64,000 nt of DNA from Geosiphon pyriformis uo1 (lineage: Eukaryota > Fungi > Glomeromycota), in contig JAAOMT010000054.1 in the NCBI GenBank assembly GCA_016748015.1, forward strand, positions 124,001 to 188,000. The letters run 5' to 3'. This document shows, piece by piece, positions 9,305 through 21,666 of this stretch (position 1 is its first letter; each line of letters begins with the position of its first letter). The notes beneath the pieces were generated by a model that worked only from the letters and a program-made list of their open reading frames with translations, searched no databases and was not told the DNA's origin. Made by a program: the position numbers and the translations under genes.

Positions 9305-11535
9305 AAAAAAATGATAAAAAAAAACTCTTTCTTTCCTAATTTTTATGATTACAACTAGAGCTAAAAGTAAAAAAGTTGCAAACAGTACTTTTTCTATAGT
9401 AACTAATAAAGTTTCAACACGGAAAGGTCTTTCTGTTATTGAAGCAGCTAGACAAAATATTCTGGCAACATTTTATTTAAAAAATATTAATGATAAGCTG
9501 CTTTTAGCAGCTTTTGATTTATTTTTTTTACCTTTGGCTGGTAGTTTTTTTCCAGTCAAAGTTCCTTCCAAAAGACACATTCAGATTAATCCCAGTGTTG
9601 TTTCTACTGTCTCTAAGAGCCCAAAGATTTTTAATAACAGACCAGTCAACAAGTTGGTCTTTCCTGCTCTCACTGCTTCCACTACTACTTCTACTATTAC
9701 TGCTTCACAAATGGCTACAAAAGCAAAAAATTTCAAAAAACAGCAGCAGACAGTTACAACTGCTATGGTCACACCAAACTCCTTTGTAGTTTCAGATAAA
9801 ATCTTCTGTAAGATCTCCACAGTAGCAGCCAGCATTCTTTTTGATATAGATGGCAACAGCAGTAGCACATCTCCCAAAATGGGCCAAGATCAACTACTGA
9901 CTGTGTTGTCTAATGTAATATTCTCTAGCAGATCATTGCCAATTCCAGTAGTAAAACAGTTCATCAATTCAGATGATCTCAAAGATTGAACTGATCAGAT
10001 GGAAATGTAATCAACTATCTCTTTTCCAGTTTCTGGTGCTGCTGATGGTAGTGCTTAGAAGAATGTGAATAGTTGTCAGAGGTTCTTTGGTTGGGTGGTC
10101 TCTAATCTAGTACCTGGTGCTATATTTAAAATTAAAATGGCCTGTTTGGTTTTTTGTTTCAGTTGCTGTCTGGTTGTATTGGGCTTAAGTCAGTTTCATG
10201 AAATACTGTTAAGTTGTTCTGTGTGGAATTTGCATTTCAAAAAAGTCTAAATAGTGCCACCAAAATGGCTATCAGTGATAAGATTTTTTTGACCACTTTT
10301 AAGATTGCACAGTTTTCTGATGTAGTCTCTGTTTTTTTTTCTTCTTTGTTAGTTGCACTGTGTGACATATTTTTGGGTACCTCTTCTAATGACATCAAAA
10401 CTGCTCTTGGCATTTTTGGTGTTGTCACTTCTGTTAAGTTAAAGCCTGCTGGCTTATGGCAATATGCTGTGGTTAACTTCAAAGACACTTTTTCTGTTGC
10501 TGCTGTTCTTTCTAACTGGTCTGTATTGGTCAAAAAAAATAGTATTAAAATTTTTTCCATTGCCAACCAAAAGAAAATTATCTTCTCAAGAGATACATTT
10601 AAAGCTAAGTCAGTCAATCTTCTATTTGGCTGTATTGTCTTTGAGATAAGTAGTTTGGTCTCCCAAATTGGTGGCTGTACATGCTTCATTCCTTACTCTC
10701 CTGAATCTTATTGATGTTAATGCTTTGCTGTGGTTACTTTTGATTCTTTGAAATCTTTGAATGTTGCTGTGTCAAAAACTAGTACCTTGCGTGGTTGTCA
10801 GATTTGATGGGAAACTCTTAGATGTTGCCACTGCTATAGGTGTCAAGACTTGAATCATTTGGCTGTAGACTGTAAGAAGTTACTTTCTCTTTCATTCAAA
10901 TTTTTCTCCAACACTTCTAGTGGCCCCAAAATTTTTAAACCTTTGTTTGCTGGATCTAAATTTTATGCCAAAGCTGCTGCTTTTGTGGTTCTTCTTGGTG
11001 CTATTGCTGCTGATATAGACTTGGATCTTGGTGATCCTTCCAAAACTACAATACTTATGGTGCTTGCTGTTCCTTTTCTTTTCAATTTTGCTGTTGAATC
11101 TAGGTTGGCTTCTTTGGAATCCCACTTTAGTGAACTATTTGTGTTGATAAAATTCTTAGTTGAATCTGTTGGTGCTCTGGTTGTATTGGTTACTAAATTG
11201 CTGTCTACTCCAACTGCCATGGATGTGTTAGTTAAAAAATGTGTGGATGGGTTGGCTAAGCAAAATAAAGGCTTGGCTGTTGTTGCCATTGTAATGCAGA
11301 AAAAAATGACACGTCTTGAAAAAAAATGTGAACAGGCTGGCTTGAAGGATGGATCAGATGTTGATGACATGGTTAATGATGATGATGATGACAATAAAAA
11401 TTTTTCAGTTTATGATAATATCTTTAATATTATGATATACTTATGAGAAGATCAGCCTTCCAGTATCAAATCCAGTCCTGATCAGACTGCTAAGTAGATG
11501 AGTGGTATGGTTAAAAATAGTTATAAGCTTATTAG
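9305..11535 (+). mobile_element. ORF1-only non-LTR element L-B copy 1 (3' end deleted)
   Basis: ATG 9345 MITTRAKSKK.., two RRM-like segments, CHCYRCQDLNHLAVDC, coiled coil and acidic tract. Same 5' start as the complete copy at 26407-28852. Confidence 0.85.
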
Positions 11536-11550
11536 CTAAAAATAGAGTAG

Positions 11551-12424
11551 TGTTACTCATAAAATATAGAAAGTATATTAGCATATAAATTAGCCAATTA
11601 GGAATAGCTGTAGTAAATATGAAATTCCAGAATTTTACTTAAGAGGAATTGCAGAATTTCAGGAATTTCAGGATTCTTGTACAAAGAATTGCAAGATTCC
11701 AGAATTCCAGGATTCCTCTCAAAAAAAATTGCAGGATTTTAAGAATTCCAGGATTTCTGGTGTGAAAAAATGAGGAATTGAGAAATCTCAATTATGTATA
11801 TATAACAGTAGTGTTAGAAGCAAAAAAAGACAAAATTCTTTAGTTAGAGACCTTCCAGTTTAGATTTGATCTAAGCAATCTTCCACATCACAAATAAATA
11901 ATTATTCATTATCTCAATTCATTTGCCACTATCAACATTTCATGTTGATAGTAATTGATACTTAATCACACTGAAACAATAGCTTTTGATCATAGCTATT
12001 GATGGAATACTAACTTGTAATTACTTTTACTTGTTTTTTTATTTTCTTTTATTTTCTTTTATTTTCTTTTTTATTTCTTTGTTATTTCTTTGGTTTTTAC
12101 TAAATTAATTAAGAATTAAGCACTGAAATACAGATGTCATAGGGACTGGTAAAAGACCTGTGAAACAAAGGTAGAACACTCATAGATTTGAGAATAACTT
12201 ACCAAGAAAATTACTGGCCATCATGCTGAGAAAAAAATTCGACAAAACTGTAGTTTTGGGAAGCTATAGATAAAACCATCAATTAAATCTCTGTCTATTA
12301 TACAAAAAACTCCACACCAAAATTTTCAGAAAACACACCTTCAAATATTAACACCACATATCAACCAAGCACCAAGTTATGAGTTTGTTATTTGATTTGA
12401 GATTCCAAATAATTACCTGTAACA
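11551..12424 (+). repeat. 5' LTR of B1
   Basis: TGTTACTC..TGTAACA, repeated at 20803-21666. Contains a GGAATTCCAGGATTCC-type array (11622-11759), TATA (~11797) and AATAAA. Confidence 0.95.
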
Positions 12425-12426
12425 TT

Positions 12427-12443
12427 TGGTGCTCCCTGTAAAA
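12427..12443 (+). promoter_or_regulatory. PBS of B1 (elongator tRNA-Met type)
   Basis: TGGTGCTCCCTGTAAAA, 2 nt after the LTR end. Confidence 0.75.
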
Positions 12444-12486
12444 TATAATCCTACAAAAAACTGGTACCAACAACAGTCATTAAAAA

Positions 12487-15400
12487 GTGGCAGAATCAGA
12501 AAACATAGGAGCAAACCATTTAGGATTCACTAAATTCTTGTTTCAACAGTACAGCCAACAATTAGAATTAAACAATAACCACTTTCCAGCAGAATTCGCC
12601 TTTAACTTCTATGTCAATAATAAAATCACAGACTGCTTAGAAGGAACAGTTAACATTGAATTTGCAAAGAAAAATTTCTATACAGAATTATTTCAACATA
12701 CCAGCTTATCAAGAAACTACAGTTTCACACCAATCATCAGGGAAATCAATCAAACCATCGAAAGGTATACACAACAACAATTCCTCATTACCTATGCAGA
12801 CAAAGGCAAAAGAAGGTTGCAAACACCAGCAGTAACACCAAAACAAATACAACCATCCACTTGGAAGAAAACCAGAGTTGAATCACCAACAAAACTATCA
12901 TATCATTATACACTCAGAAGCGCCATCAATATCACATCAATAGACACATCCACATCACACATGACATCAATATTTGGACAACTCTTATTTCAAAGTAAAC
13001 AAAAAAAAGCAGAATTACTAGGAACCTATAGCAATTATTTTGAAAGATTTAAATTGCGATCACCAATGCCATCAGGATTCCGATCACCACTACTTCAACC
13101 AGATTTTGAAAACACGAGTCCCTGAGAAATAACAGAATCAAAAGAGAAAGAAGAAAAAGAAGCCAAATATTGGAAATTTACTTACCAGAACCCAATTTTA
13201 GAAAACCTGAACATTGAAACCTCAAACTTTCAGACTTAGCAAAATCCAAATTTAAAAAATCTGAGAATTGAAACTCTGAACTTTTGAATCTCTCAAAATC
13301 CAAACAATACAAACCCCAAAACAATTAATCAACAAAACTTATCTTTAGTAATTGTTATTGATCAACCACTAATTGAACCGATTATTAAACCAATTTAACA
13401 GCAGTCACTTCAACTATCTCAACAACCACAACAGCCACTTCAACAGCTGCAACAACAAGTTCAACAACCAAACTTGGATCCAATGGCCTATGCTCCAATA
13501 GCAAAACTCGAGAAATTTACCAGTGAAGAAGATAATGCCCAAATATGACTCAATGACATTAAAAAAACCATCATGGCCAATGAATAGAACAACATGAGAG
13601 CACTCCAAGCCATCCCCTATTTTTTACAGAATACTACCAACTTGTGGTATCAAAGTTTAGTCGCCAAATCTTAGACATTTCAGGAATTCAAAGTTGCTTT
13701 CCTGAGATATTTCAGTAATAATAACAGTATTAATTGCCTAGTCAACATTTTTATCACAATCAAACAAGGAGAAACTGAAGCAGTTACCACTTACTTGGGA
13801 TGCTTCCACCAAAATTTGTGCTAAATTTAAACAATCCAAGCTGATTATTTTACAGTGTCTCAGATTCTAAACCAGTTTATTCATGAATTGCACAGTAGCA
13901 TTCTTCAATGCATATGTCCAATGCATCCAGCAGATCTTCAAGCCACTGTAACAAATGCCAGAGATTTTGAAGCAGCTGAACTCGAAGCTAACCATGCCCA
14001 AGCCATCAATCTAGTAATGAACGGATCATCTAAATTGGATTCTAAGTTGAAACAATTTAGTGATTCTATCAACCAAAAATTAGAGGAATACTTAGCTAAC
14101 AATCAGGCAATTTATTAACCTCCACAATAATGCAATAATCAAGGAAATGCAAATCATTTTCAGAATCAGTTGTATCTATTATTCTCGACCAATCAATAGT
14201 GGCAGCAAGAGACATGTGTTTACCACTACTGTGGTAAAAAAGGGCATTTAAGGGTTGATTGTAGGTTAAAGATAGATAACCAATGATTAGAAAATCAATA
14301 TTGAAACTCTGATTACCAGTTTCCAACTCTGAATTACCAATCCAACCCAGCACCATATCAACCAACTTACCTGCCAATGACACAACAGCCAATATATCAA
14401 CCACCCATATATCAACCTCCAGTTTATTAACCACAGCCATCAATAATATATCAACTACTGCAGCCACAAATAATTTATCAGACACCTGCAGTTCAAACAT
14501 CACCATCCAACTCAGCTCAAATGACATCAGAAAACTTCAGATCAAGAGTTACCCAAAACTGAAGATTGGCAATGGTTGTTCACCAACCAATTTTCAGTCA
14601 TTCAACCAGCTGTTAAGATCACAACAACAGAGTTCAGAAACCAGGTATACTCAAAACCTGAGTTCCCAGAACTATTTAAGTCTCCTAATTACTCTAGAAA
14701 ACACCCAACCCAATAATCTGGAAACCAACCAACAATTAACACTTACCAGCAATATTCCACCAGCTACTATCACTGAGAACGAATCATTGGATGCCATTTT
14801 TCCATTTAAACTCAAGGAACTGTCAGCCATGCTGTTATTTAGTGAAGCCATTCTCGAAAAAAAACCTATTACCATCATATACACCAATGCCAAAGTTGAT
14901 GGCCACCCAATCAAACTAATTTTAGACAGTGGATCAGCCAGCAGTATTATCACAAGACAACTCATGGACCAGTTAGATTGCTAAGTTGATTGAGCTGCCA
15001 GCACACAAATCATTACAGCTAATGAAGTAACCAAAACTCTAATTGGCAAGATTGATGACTTTTCTATAGAAGTCAACAGCATCATTGTGCCAATCAAAGT
15101 ATTAGTCATGGAAGCCACTCAATATCAAGTACTTATTGGCAATGACTGGCTGTTCAAAACCAACGTGATGTTTGATTGAAACACACAAAAGCTCCAACTC
15201 AGCCAAAATAGTCAACACACATGAGTACCAGCCACATGTGGCCATTTCAAAACACCCAACATGCCAGCATCTCTTATCAAGTTTGAGAAAAAAAAAAAGA
15301 AACCTACCTGGAAAGCATACCAAGTCTCATGGGCCAACAAAGACCACAATGAGTTACCACTAGTACTCTCATGGGGCAACAACAGAAAAGAAAAGAAAAA

Positions 15401-18400
15401 AGAAAAACCTACCTGGAATTCTGACCAAGCCTGGGGAACCAATAACAACCAGGAAGAGCTAATAGATTAAGAATGGAAAGAAAAGACAAAAGAAAAAAAA
15501 AGAGAAAAGAAGAAGGATCAATATTCACTAGCACCACCACTTATAATTTCTACACTATATCACAGCAATCTGCTTATTGCTGTCCAAAACTGGTATGCAT
15601 TGATTGTGACAAGAAATTGTTGTCAATGGGTGCTTGCTGTGGCAATAATAAGGAATACCAAATGACAACCAAGTTTTACTGTTACTCATGTGTTATAGAA
15701 TGTTTTGAAAGACCAAAATGAGTGAGAAAATGAGATAATGAGCTGTGCTTGGCTTGTGGGGAAACTCTTCTTGATAAAGGAATGTGGAATAACATTTCTG
15801 GAAGGGAAAGAACATGTAACAAATTGTGCCAATACACAATTTTTATAAGCAACTGGGTGAGAAAAAAAACACCCATAGATGCTGCCTGAAAATGTGCAGT
15901 CAAATGATTGGATGGATGTCCACACAATGATGACAAAATCTGGCAAATAGTACTCACCAAAATTGAAGAAGCATTACCAGAAAAAATAAAAACAATTAAA
16001 AATAACCCATCTGAATCCATAAAACTTGACTGGGATCCAGAACCAGTCATAAATCCATTAGATCCAGAACAATTCTATGAACACTATCAGGAATTAGCAC
16101 CCACTAGAAAGAAACAAGAGCAATGGTTGAAAGAAATCAACACTCAACTATGTGACTATTGTTTAATTTCCTGTGACTTTCAATATTGTAATGAATGTGA
16201 CCTTATTTACAATCTACCAATCCACATGATCTATACAATTCCAGAGGAAGAAGAACCAATTAGCAGCTGCACATCAGAATTGGAATCAAATTTCAATCCT
16301 GATTCAAACTCCGACAATAATGATAACAAAAACAACAGTTTCAGCTCTGCTCTAAATAGCAACAAAAATTATGACAATTCAAACTCCAATTCAAATCTTG
16401 AAACATTTATTGCACTTTCTGACCTCATTAAGGAACAGAAACTTAAATAATTCAGTAATAATAGTGAAAATATTATGCCAGAACACATATATGATACTAA
16501 TGCAGAATTTGATCTGAGATATCCAGAGAAAAATGCCATAAAATTGGAACCCCATTTGTGCACCTGCATTGATTTCAAAATAGCATTGGAAATTCCAGCA
16601 ACAACAATGGTTCAGTTAGCATCTAGAAGTAGCTTAGCCAAAAAAGGAATCAACATCAGAGGAGGAATAATTGACAAGAATATGTAAGAAATATTATTGC
16701 TATGCTACAAAATGACTCAGAAAAAGCATATATTATAGATCTAAATGAAAAGATAGCACAGACAATATTCCTACCTCTGGTAAAAATAGCTCAGTTAGTG
16801 TCAGTAGAAATCAGAGAAGAATTAGGGATTACTGCTAAAAGGATACAGAGATTCGGATTAATGAGTAGAATAAACATACCAGTTAATATAGCAGAGGAAG
16901 AGGTTATTGACAAAAAAGAAATTATCTTAACCCATCAATCAATTTTCATTCCACCATATGATCAGTATATGTTAGTCATAAAAAGAGAAGTAAAAGATCA
17001 AACTCAGTTGTTTGAAGCAGAAGCCACCATTTGCAAATCAGGAGAGATTGAACTTACTAATCTCTACATATCAGCCAAAAGCCCCAAAAACATCAAAATT
17101 TCTATCTACAACACAATGAAAAATGTCATTGAAATACCAAAGGGAACTATCATTGGATATTTAACCACTGAAGTTGAAGATCAACCACCAGACCATATTC
17201 CAGATTTTCCACAGCTTTGCAGATATGTGGACATTACATCACAAATCATCTATGGGCGAAAGAAATGTTATCTGCTCCAACCAAAACAATTGGAACAAAT
17301 AAACATAGAGAATCTAGACTCACTCTAACAGATACAACTAAAGATATTACTTAGCAATTTCAATGACATCTTTGCTAGTGAAAATAAATTTGGCCACACC
17401 AACATCATCCAACATCAGATTAAGACTGGAGATACAATGCCAATTAAACAAAAAGTATACAGAGTACCACCAGCTAGTCATATTCATCAAGAAATCAATT
17501 GGATGCTTGACAACAGACTAATTTAGCCATCAATGAGTCTATGGTTATTACCAGTGGTATTAGTCTAAAAGAAAAATGGAAAAATTTGCTTTTGTGTGGA
17601 TTACTGGAAACTGAATAGAGTAACCAAAAGAGACAGCTATCCAACTTCAAAGATCCAAGAACTATTTGACACTTTTGGAGGAAATAAATGGTTCTCAATA
17701 TTAGATTTAGATAGTGGTTACTAGCAAGTAGCCATGGATTCAGCCGACAAAGAGAAAACAGCATTTACCATAAAAGAGAGAAATTTTGAATTTGAAGTTA
17801 TGCTATTTGGCTTGATAAATGCTCCAGCAACATTCCAATGGCTCATGGAAATTGTTTATACTGGATTATTGTGGAAATCAGTAGTTGTTTACTTAGATAA
17901 CACAAATGTGTTCTCAAAAACATTCGATGATCATTTACACCATCTCCAATAAGTATTTGAAAAACTCAGATGAGCAGAATTGAAACTAAATGCCAACAAA
18001 TGCTTTTTTGGAAAAACAGAACTAAAATTCTTGAAACATGTTGTAAGTAAAGATGGCATCAAAACAGATTAAAGTTGTTAAGAACTTTCTAGTACCAAAC
18101 AATCTCACAGAACTAAGAGCATTTTTGGAATTTGCAGAGTACTATCACTGCTTTATCAAAGACTTTTCTAAACTGGCCCAGCCACTTCATTATTTACAAA
18201 CTAAAAATGTGAAGTATGAATGGACAGAAGCTCAATAAAAAGCATTCAACACACTAAAAAAAAAGCTTATTTAAGCTCTAGTGTTGATGTATCCAGATCA
18301 CAACAAACCATTTATCATTACCACCAATGCATCAGGCCAGACATTGGGAGCAGTACTATTACAGAAAAGACCAGATAAAAGAAAACATCCAATAGCTTAT

Positions 18401-18682
18401 GCCAGTAAAAGCTTAAGTCCAACTAAAAAAAACTATGGAACACCAGCATTAAAACACTTAGCAATCTATTGGGCAGTCATAAAATAGAAAGAATACTTGA
18501 GCCAAAAGTTTGAAATATATATGGATCACAAAAGATTGACCTCAATTCAGAAGCAAGAATTTGGAGATGACCACCATGTCAAATAGAAAATAGAACTTTC
18601 ACCATTCAATTATATAGTACATTATAAAAAGGGAAAAGACAATGGAAATGCTGATGGATTGTCGCAAATAAGACAAATCTAA
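12487..18682 (+). pseudogene. gag-pol: B1 gag-pol polyprotein (N-extension, capsid, CCHC, Q/P/Y repeats, PR, Cys-rich domains, dUTPase, RT, RNase H)
   Basis: MAYAPIAKLEKF capsid start, LILDSGSA, VVVYLDNTNVFS, IITTNASG, NADGLS..RQI-stop. A few indels; colinear with B2. Confidence 0.9.
16475..16866 (+). pseudogene. dut: dUTPase domain within B1 pol
   Basis: AEFDLRYP (motif 1), ASRSSLAKKG (motif 2), GGIID (motif 3), EKIAQ (motif 4), decayed GFGS (motif 5). Confidence 0.88.
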
Positions 18683-18712
18683 AAACATTTCAAACCAAAA
18701 ATATAACAAAAG

Positions 18713-20089
18713 ATGAATATACAAAAATACCAACAACTTTAACATTATATAAATATCCAATTGTTCAAGGAGAAATTATCTCAACAGGAACAAAAAAACA
18801 TAAAACAAAAATTAAAATATTTTATCAACCATTAAAATATACTTTACTGGAAGAACAAAAGAAATCCAGATCAACCAATCAAAGTAATCATTGAACCAAA
18901 AAAAGAGACAGTACTATTTAACATGCATTCAGATCCAACAGCAAGACATTTTCATAAAGAAGCAATCATGGAAAAAACCAGAAAAAGATACTATTGGCCA
19001 TCAATGTATCTGAACATTATTTAATACATTCAAAGTTGTGATGCTTGTCAAAGAAGAGATGGAACCAAACCCAGTGAACCATTAAGACCAATCAAAGTGG
19101 AACAATCATTCAACTGTATTAGAATTGATTTAGTCGGACTATTAACAATCACCAGCAGAGGCAACAGATATATTGCAATAGCCATAGACTATCTTACAAA
19201 ATGGCCAGAAGCAAAAGTCATTCAAAAAGCAGATGCAGAATCTGTTGCTGAATTTATTTATCAAGACTTGATATGTCGACATGGATGCCCAAAAGAACTA
19301 CTATCAGATCAAGGAACTCACTTTGTAAACAGAATATTGACAGAACTAAGTCAAAAATTTGGAATTAAAAGACCATTGTCATCATCATACTATCTACAAA
19401 CCAACAGATTAGTTAAAAGATTCAATAGAACACTGTGTAAAACAATTGCCAAAATCAGTCAAAAAAACCAGGACAAATAGAACTTGTTTATATCATCAAT
19501 ATTATTTGCTTATTGGACAATGAAGCAAGACACTACACAAGTAACACCATTTGAATTAGTATATAGTAGAACAACAACATTACCAGTTGAAATAGAAGTC
19601 AATACTTATCCAACAAAACCAATAAATGAAGACAATTTTCAGGAAATGTTACTAAGAAAAACATATGACTTAATGGAAACACTAGAAAACAAATGACGAA
19701 GAGCAGCTGATAATATTCAAAAGTCACAAGAAAAACAAAAAAAAAGACATGATAATCAACTATCAGAGAAACCAGTTGGATTCAAAATTAGAGACAAAGT
19801 GCTTCTACATTATACCAAAGTGAAAAAACAATAGAGTAGGAAATTTGACCCCAAATGGGATGAATCATTTCACATTAAAGAAATTCTTAAAAATAGAGCT
19901 TATAAATTAAGATGGGACAACAAAATCTTAATCAAAGCAGCACATAGTGATTGACTGAAACCATATTATCATATAGTGTCACCATCTACCAATAATATTC
20001 CACAATTGGGAATACAAAAAATACTAATTCAACCAGATAAGATTTCATGAGATCTGGAACCAATCATAATCATTGGACCAAACACATAA
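18713..20089 (+). pseudogene. Stand-alone integrase ORF of B1
   Basis: ATG MNIQKYQQL.. after two TAA codons. HSDPTARH..CDAC, IDLVG, DYLTKWPEA, LSDQGTHF, KFDPKWD. Confidence 0.9.
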
Positions 20090-20119
20090 AGTTGAACAAT
20101 AAAGAAAGTATATAAAGAC

Positions 20120-20788
20120 ATGGCAGACATGACAAAAGACTTCAAAAAAATAGAAATTACTGACAACATCTACTCACTAGCACAACAACTCTTCCAATTG
20201 ATTCAACAACAGAATATAGAAATTACTATCAATCAACAAACCATTAGATACCAAAATACTAAAAAGACATCCAAATACAAAAGTCAAAAGAAAACAGAAA
20301 ACACTATTGACAAAATGGTGTTGAAAATAAAATTAGCAATAAAAGAACCAATAAGTATCAACATATATCAAGAGTTGATTAAAGAAACTTGGAAATGGTG
20401 GATACACGAATTTCCAAAGAACTTTTGTTATTTCTACTTGGGAAGACACTTGAATATTCAGAACTTATACATAGATAAAACAAAACGATTATTTGACACA
20501 ACAATACTGCAACAACTAGAACAATTTGTGAGAAAAAACAATATAACAACACAAATAAGAGCCATCTATTGATTGCATGCTGGATTCCAAAACAGATCAG
20601 AAGTTCTACTTAATCTGAAAATGAACTCCATTACAGCTAACCAAATGGGAAAAATAACCAACACCCAATTTAAAGAATTACAAACCAAAATAACACAAAT
20701 AATTCTCGAAAAAGAAGTTCAAGAAATACTTTAAGAAAAAGAATTAGAGTTAAGAGATTTGAGAGATCTCGACAGAGCTTAATATTAA
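20120..20788 (+). pseudogene. ORF3 of family B (~220 codons, unknown function)
   Basis: ORF 20120-20572 plus in-frame continuation to the PPT. Homologous copy at 43550-44209. Confidence 0.75.
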
Positions 20789-20802
20789 AAAGAAGAGAAT
20801 AA

Positions 20803-21666
20803 CATTACTTATAAAATATAGAAAATATATTAGCATATAAATTAGCCAATCAGGAATAGCCATAGTAAATGTGGAATTCCAGGATTCCTTTCAAGAGAAA
20901 TTGCAGGATTCCAGGAATTTCAGAATTCTCATACAAGGAATCGCAGGATTTCAAAATTCCAGGATTTCTCTCAAAAAAAATTGCAGAATTCTAGGAATTC
21001 CAAGATTTCTGGTGTGAAGAAATAAGAAATTGAGAAATCTCAATTATGTATATATAGCAGTAGCATTAAAAACAGAAAGAGACAGAATCCTTTAGTTAGA
21101 GACCTCCCAGTTTAGATTTGATCTAAGCAATTTTCCACATCACAAATAAATAATTATTCATTATTTTAATCTATTTCCCACTATCAACATGAAATGTTGA
21201 TAGTAATTGATACTTAACCATACTGGAACAATAGCTCTTAATTATGGCTATTGACGGAATACTAACTTACAATTGCTTTTACTTGTTTCTTTATTTTCTT
21301 TTATTTTATTTTTTATTTTTTTGTTATTTCTTTGGTTTTTACTAAATTGATTAAAGATTAAGCGCTGAGATACAAATGTCATAGGAACTGGTAAAAAACC
21401 TGTAAAACAAGAGTAGAACACTCATAGATTTGAGGATAGCTTACCAAGAGAATTACCAGCCATTATGCTGAGAAAGAAATTTGACAAAACTGTGGTTTTG
21501 GGAAGCTACAAATAAAACCATTAATTAAATCTCTGTCTATTATACAAAGAACTCTACACCAAAACCTTCAGAAAACACACCTTCAGATATTAACACCACA
21601 TATCAACCAAGCACCAAGTTATGGGTTTGTTATTTAATTTGAGACCCCAAATAATCAACTATAACA
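20803..21666 (+). repeat. 3' LTR of B1
   Basis: Direct repeat of 11551-12424, preceded by the purine tract AAAAAGAAGAGAATAA. Confidence 0.95.

Larger units (their letters stand above)
11551..21666 (+). mobile_element. Ty3/Gypsy LTR retrotransposon, family B copy B1 (dUTPase-bearing, full length, decayed)
   Basis: LTRs 11551-12424 and 20803-21666, TSD GTAG/GTGG, PBS 12427-12443, gag-PR-Cys-dUTPase-RT-RH, IN, ORF3. Confidence 0.95.
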
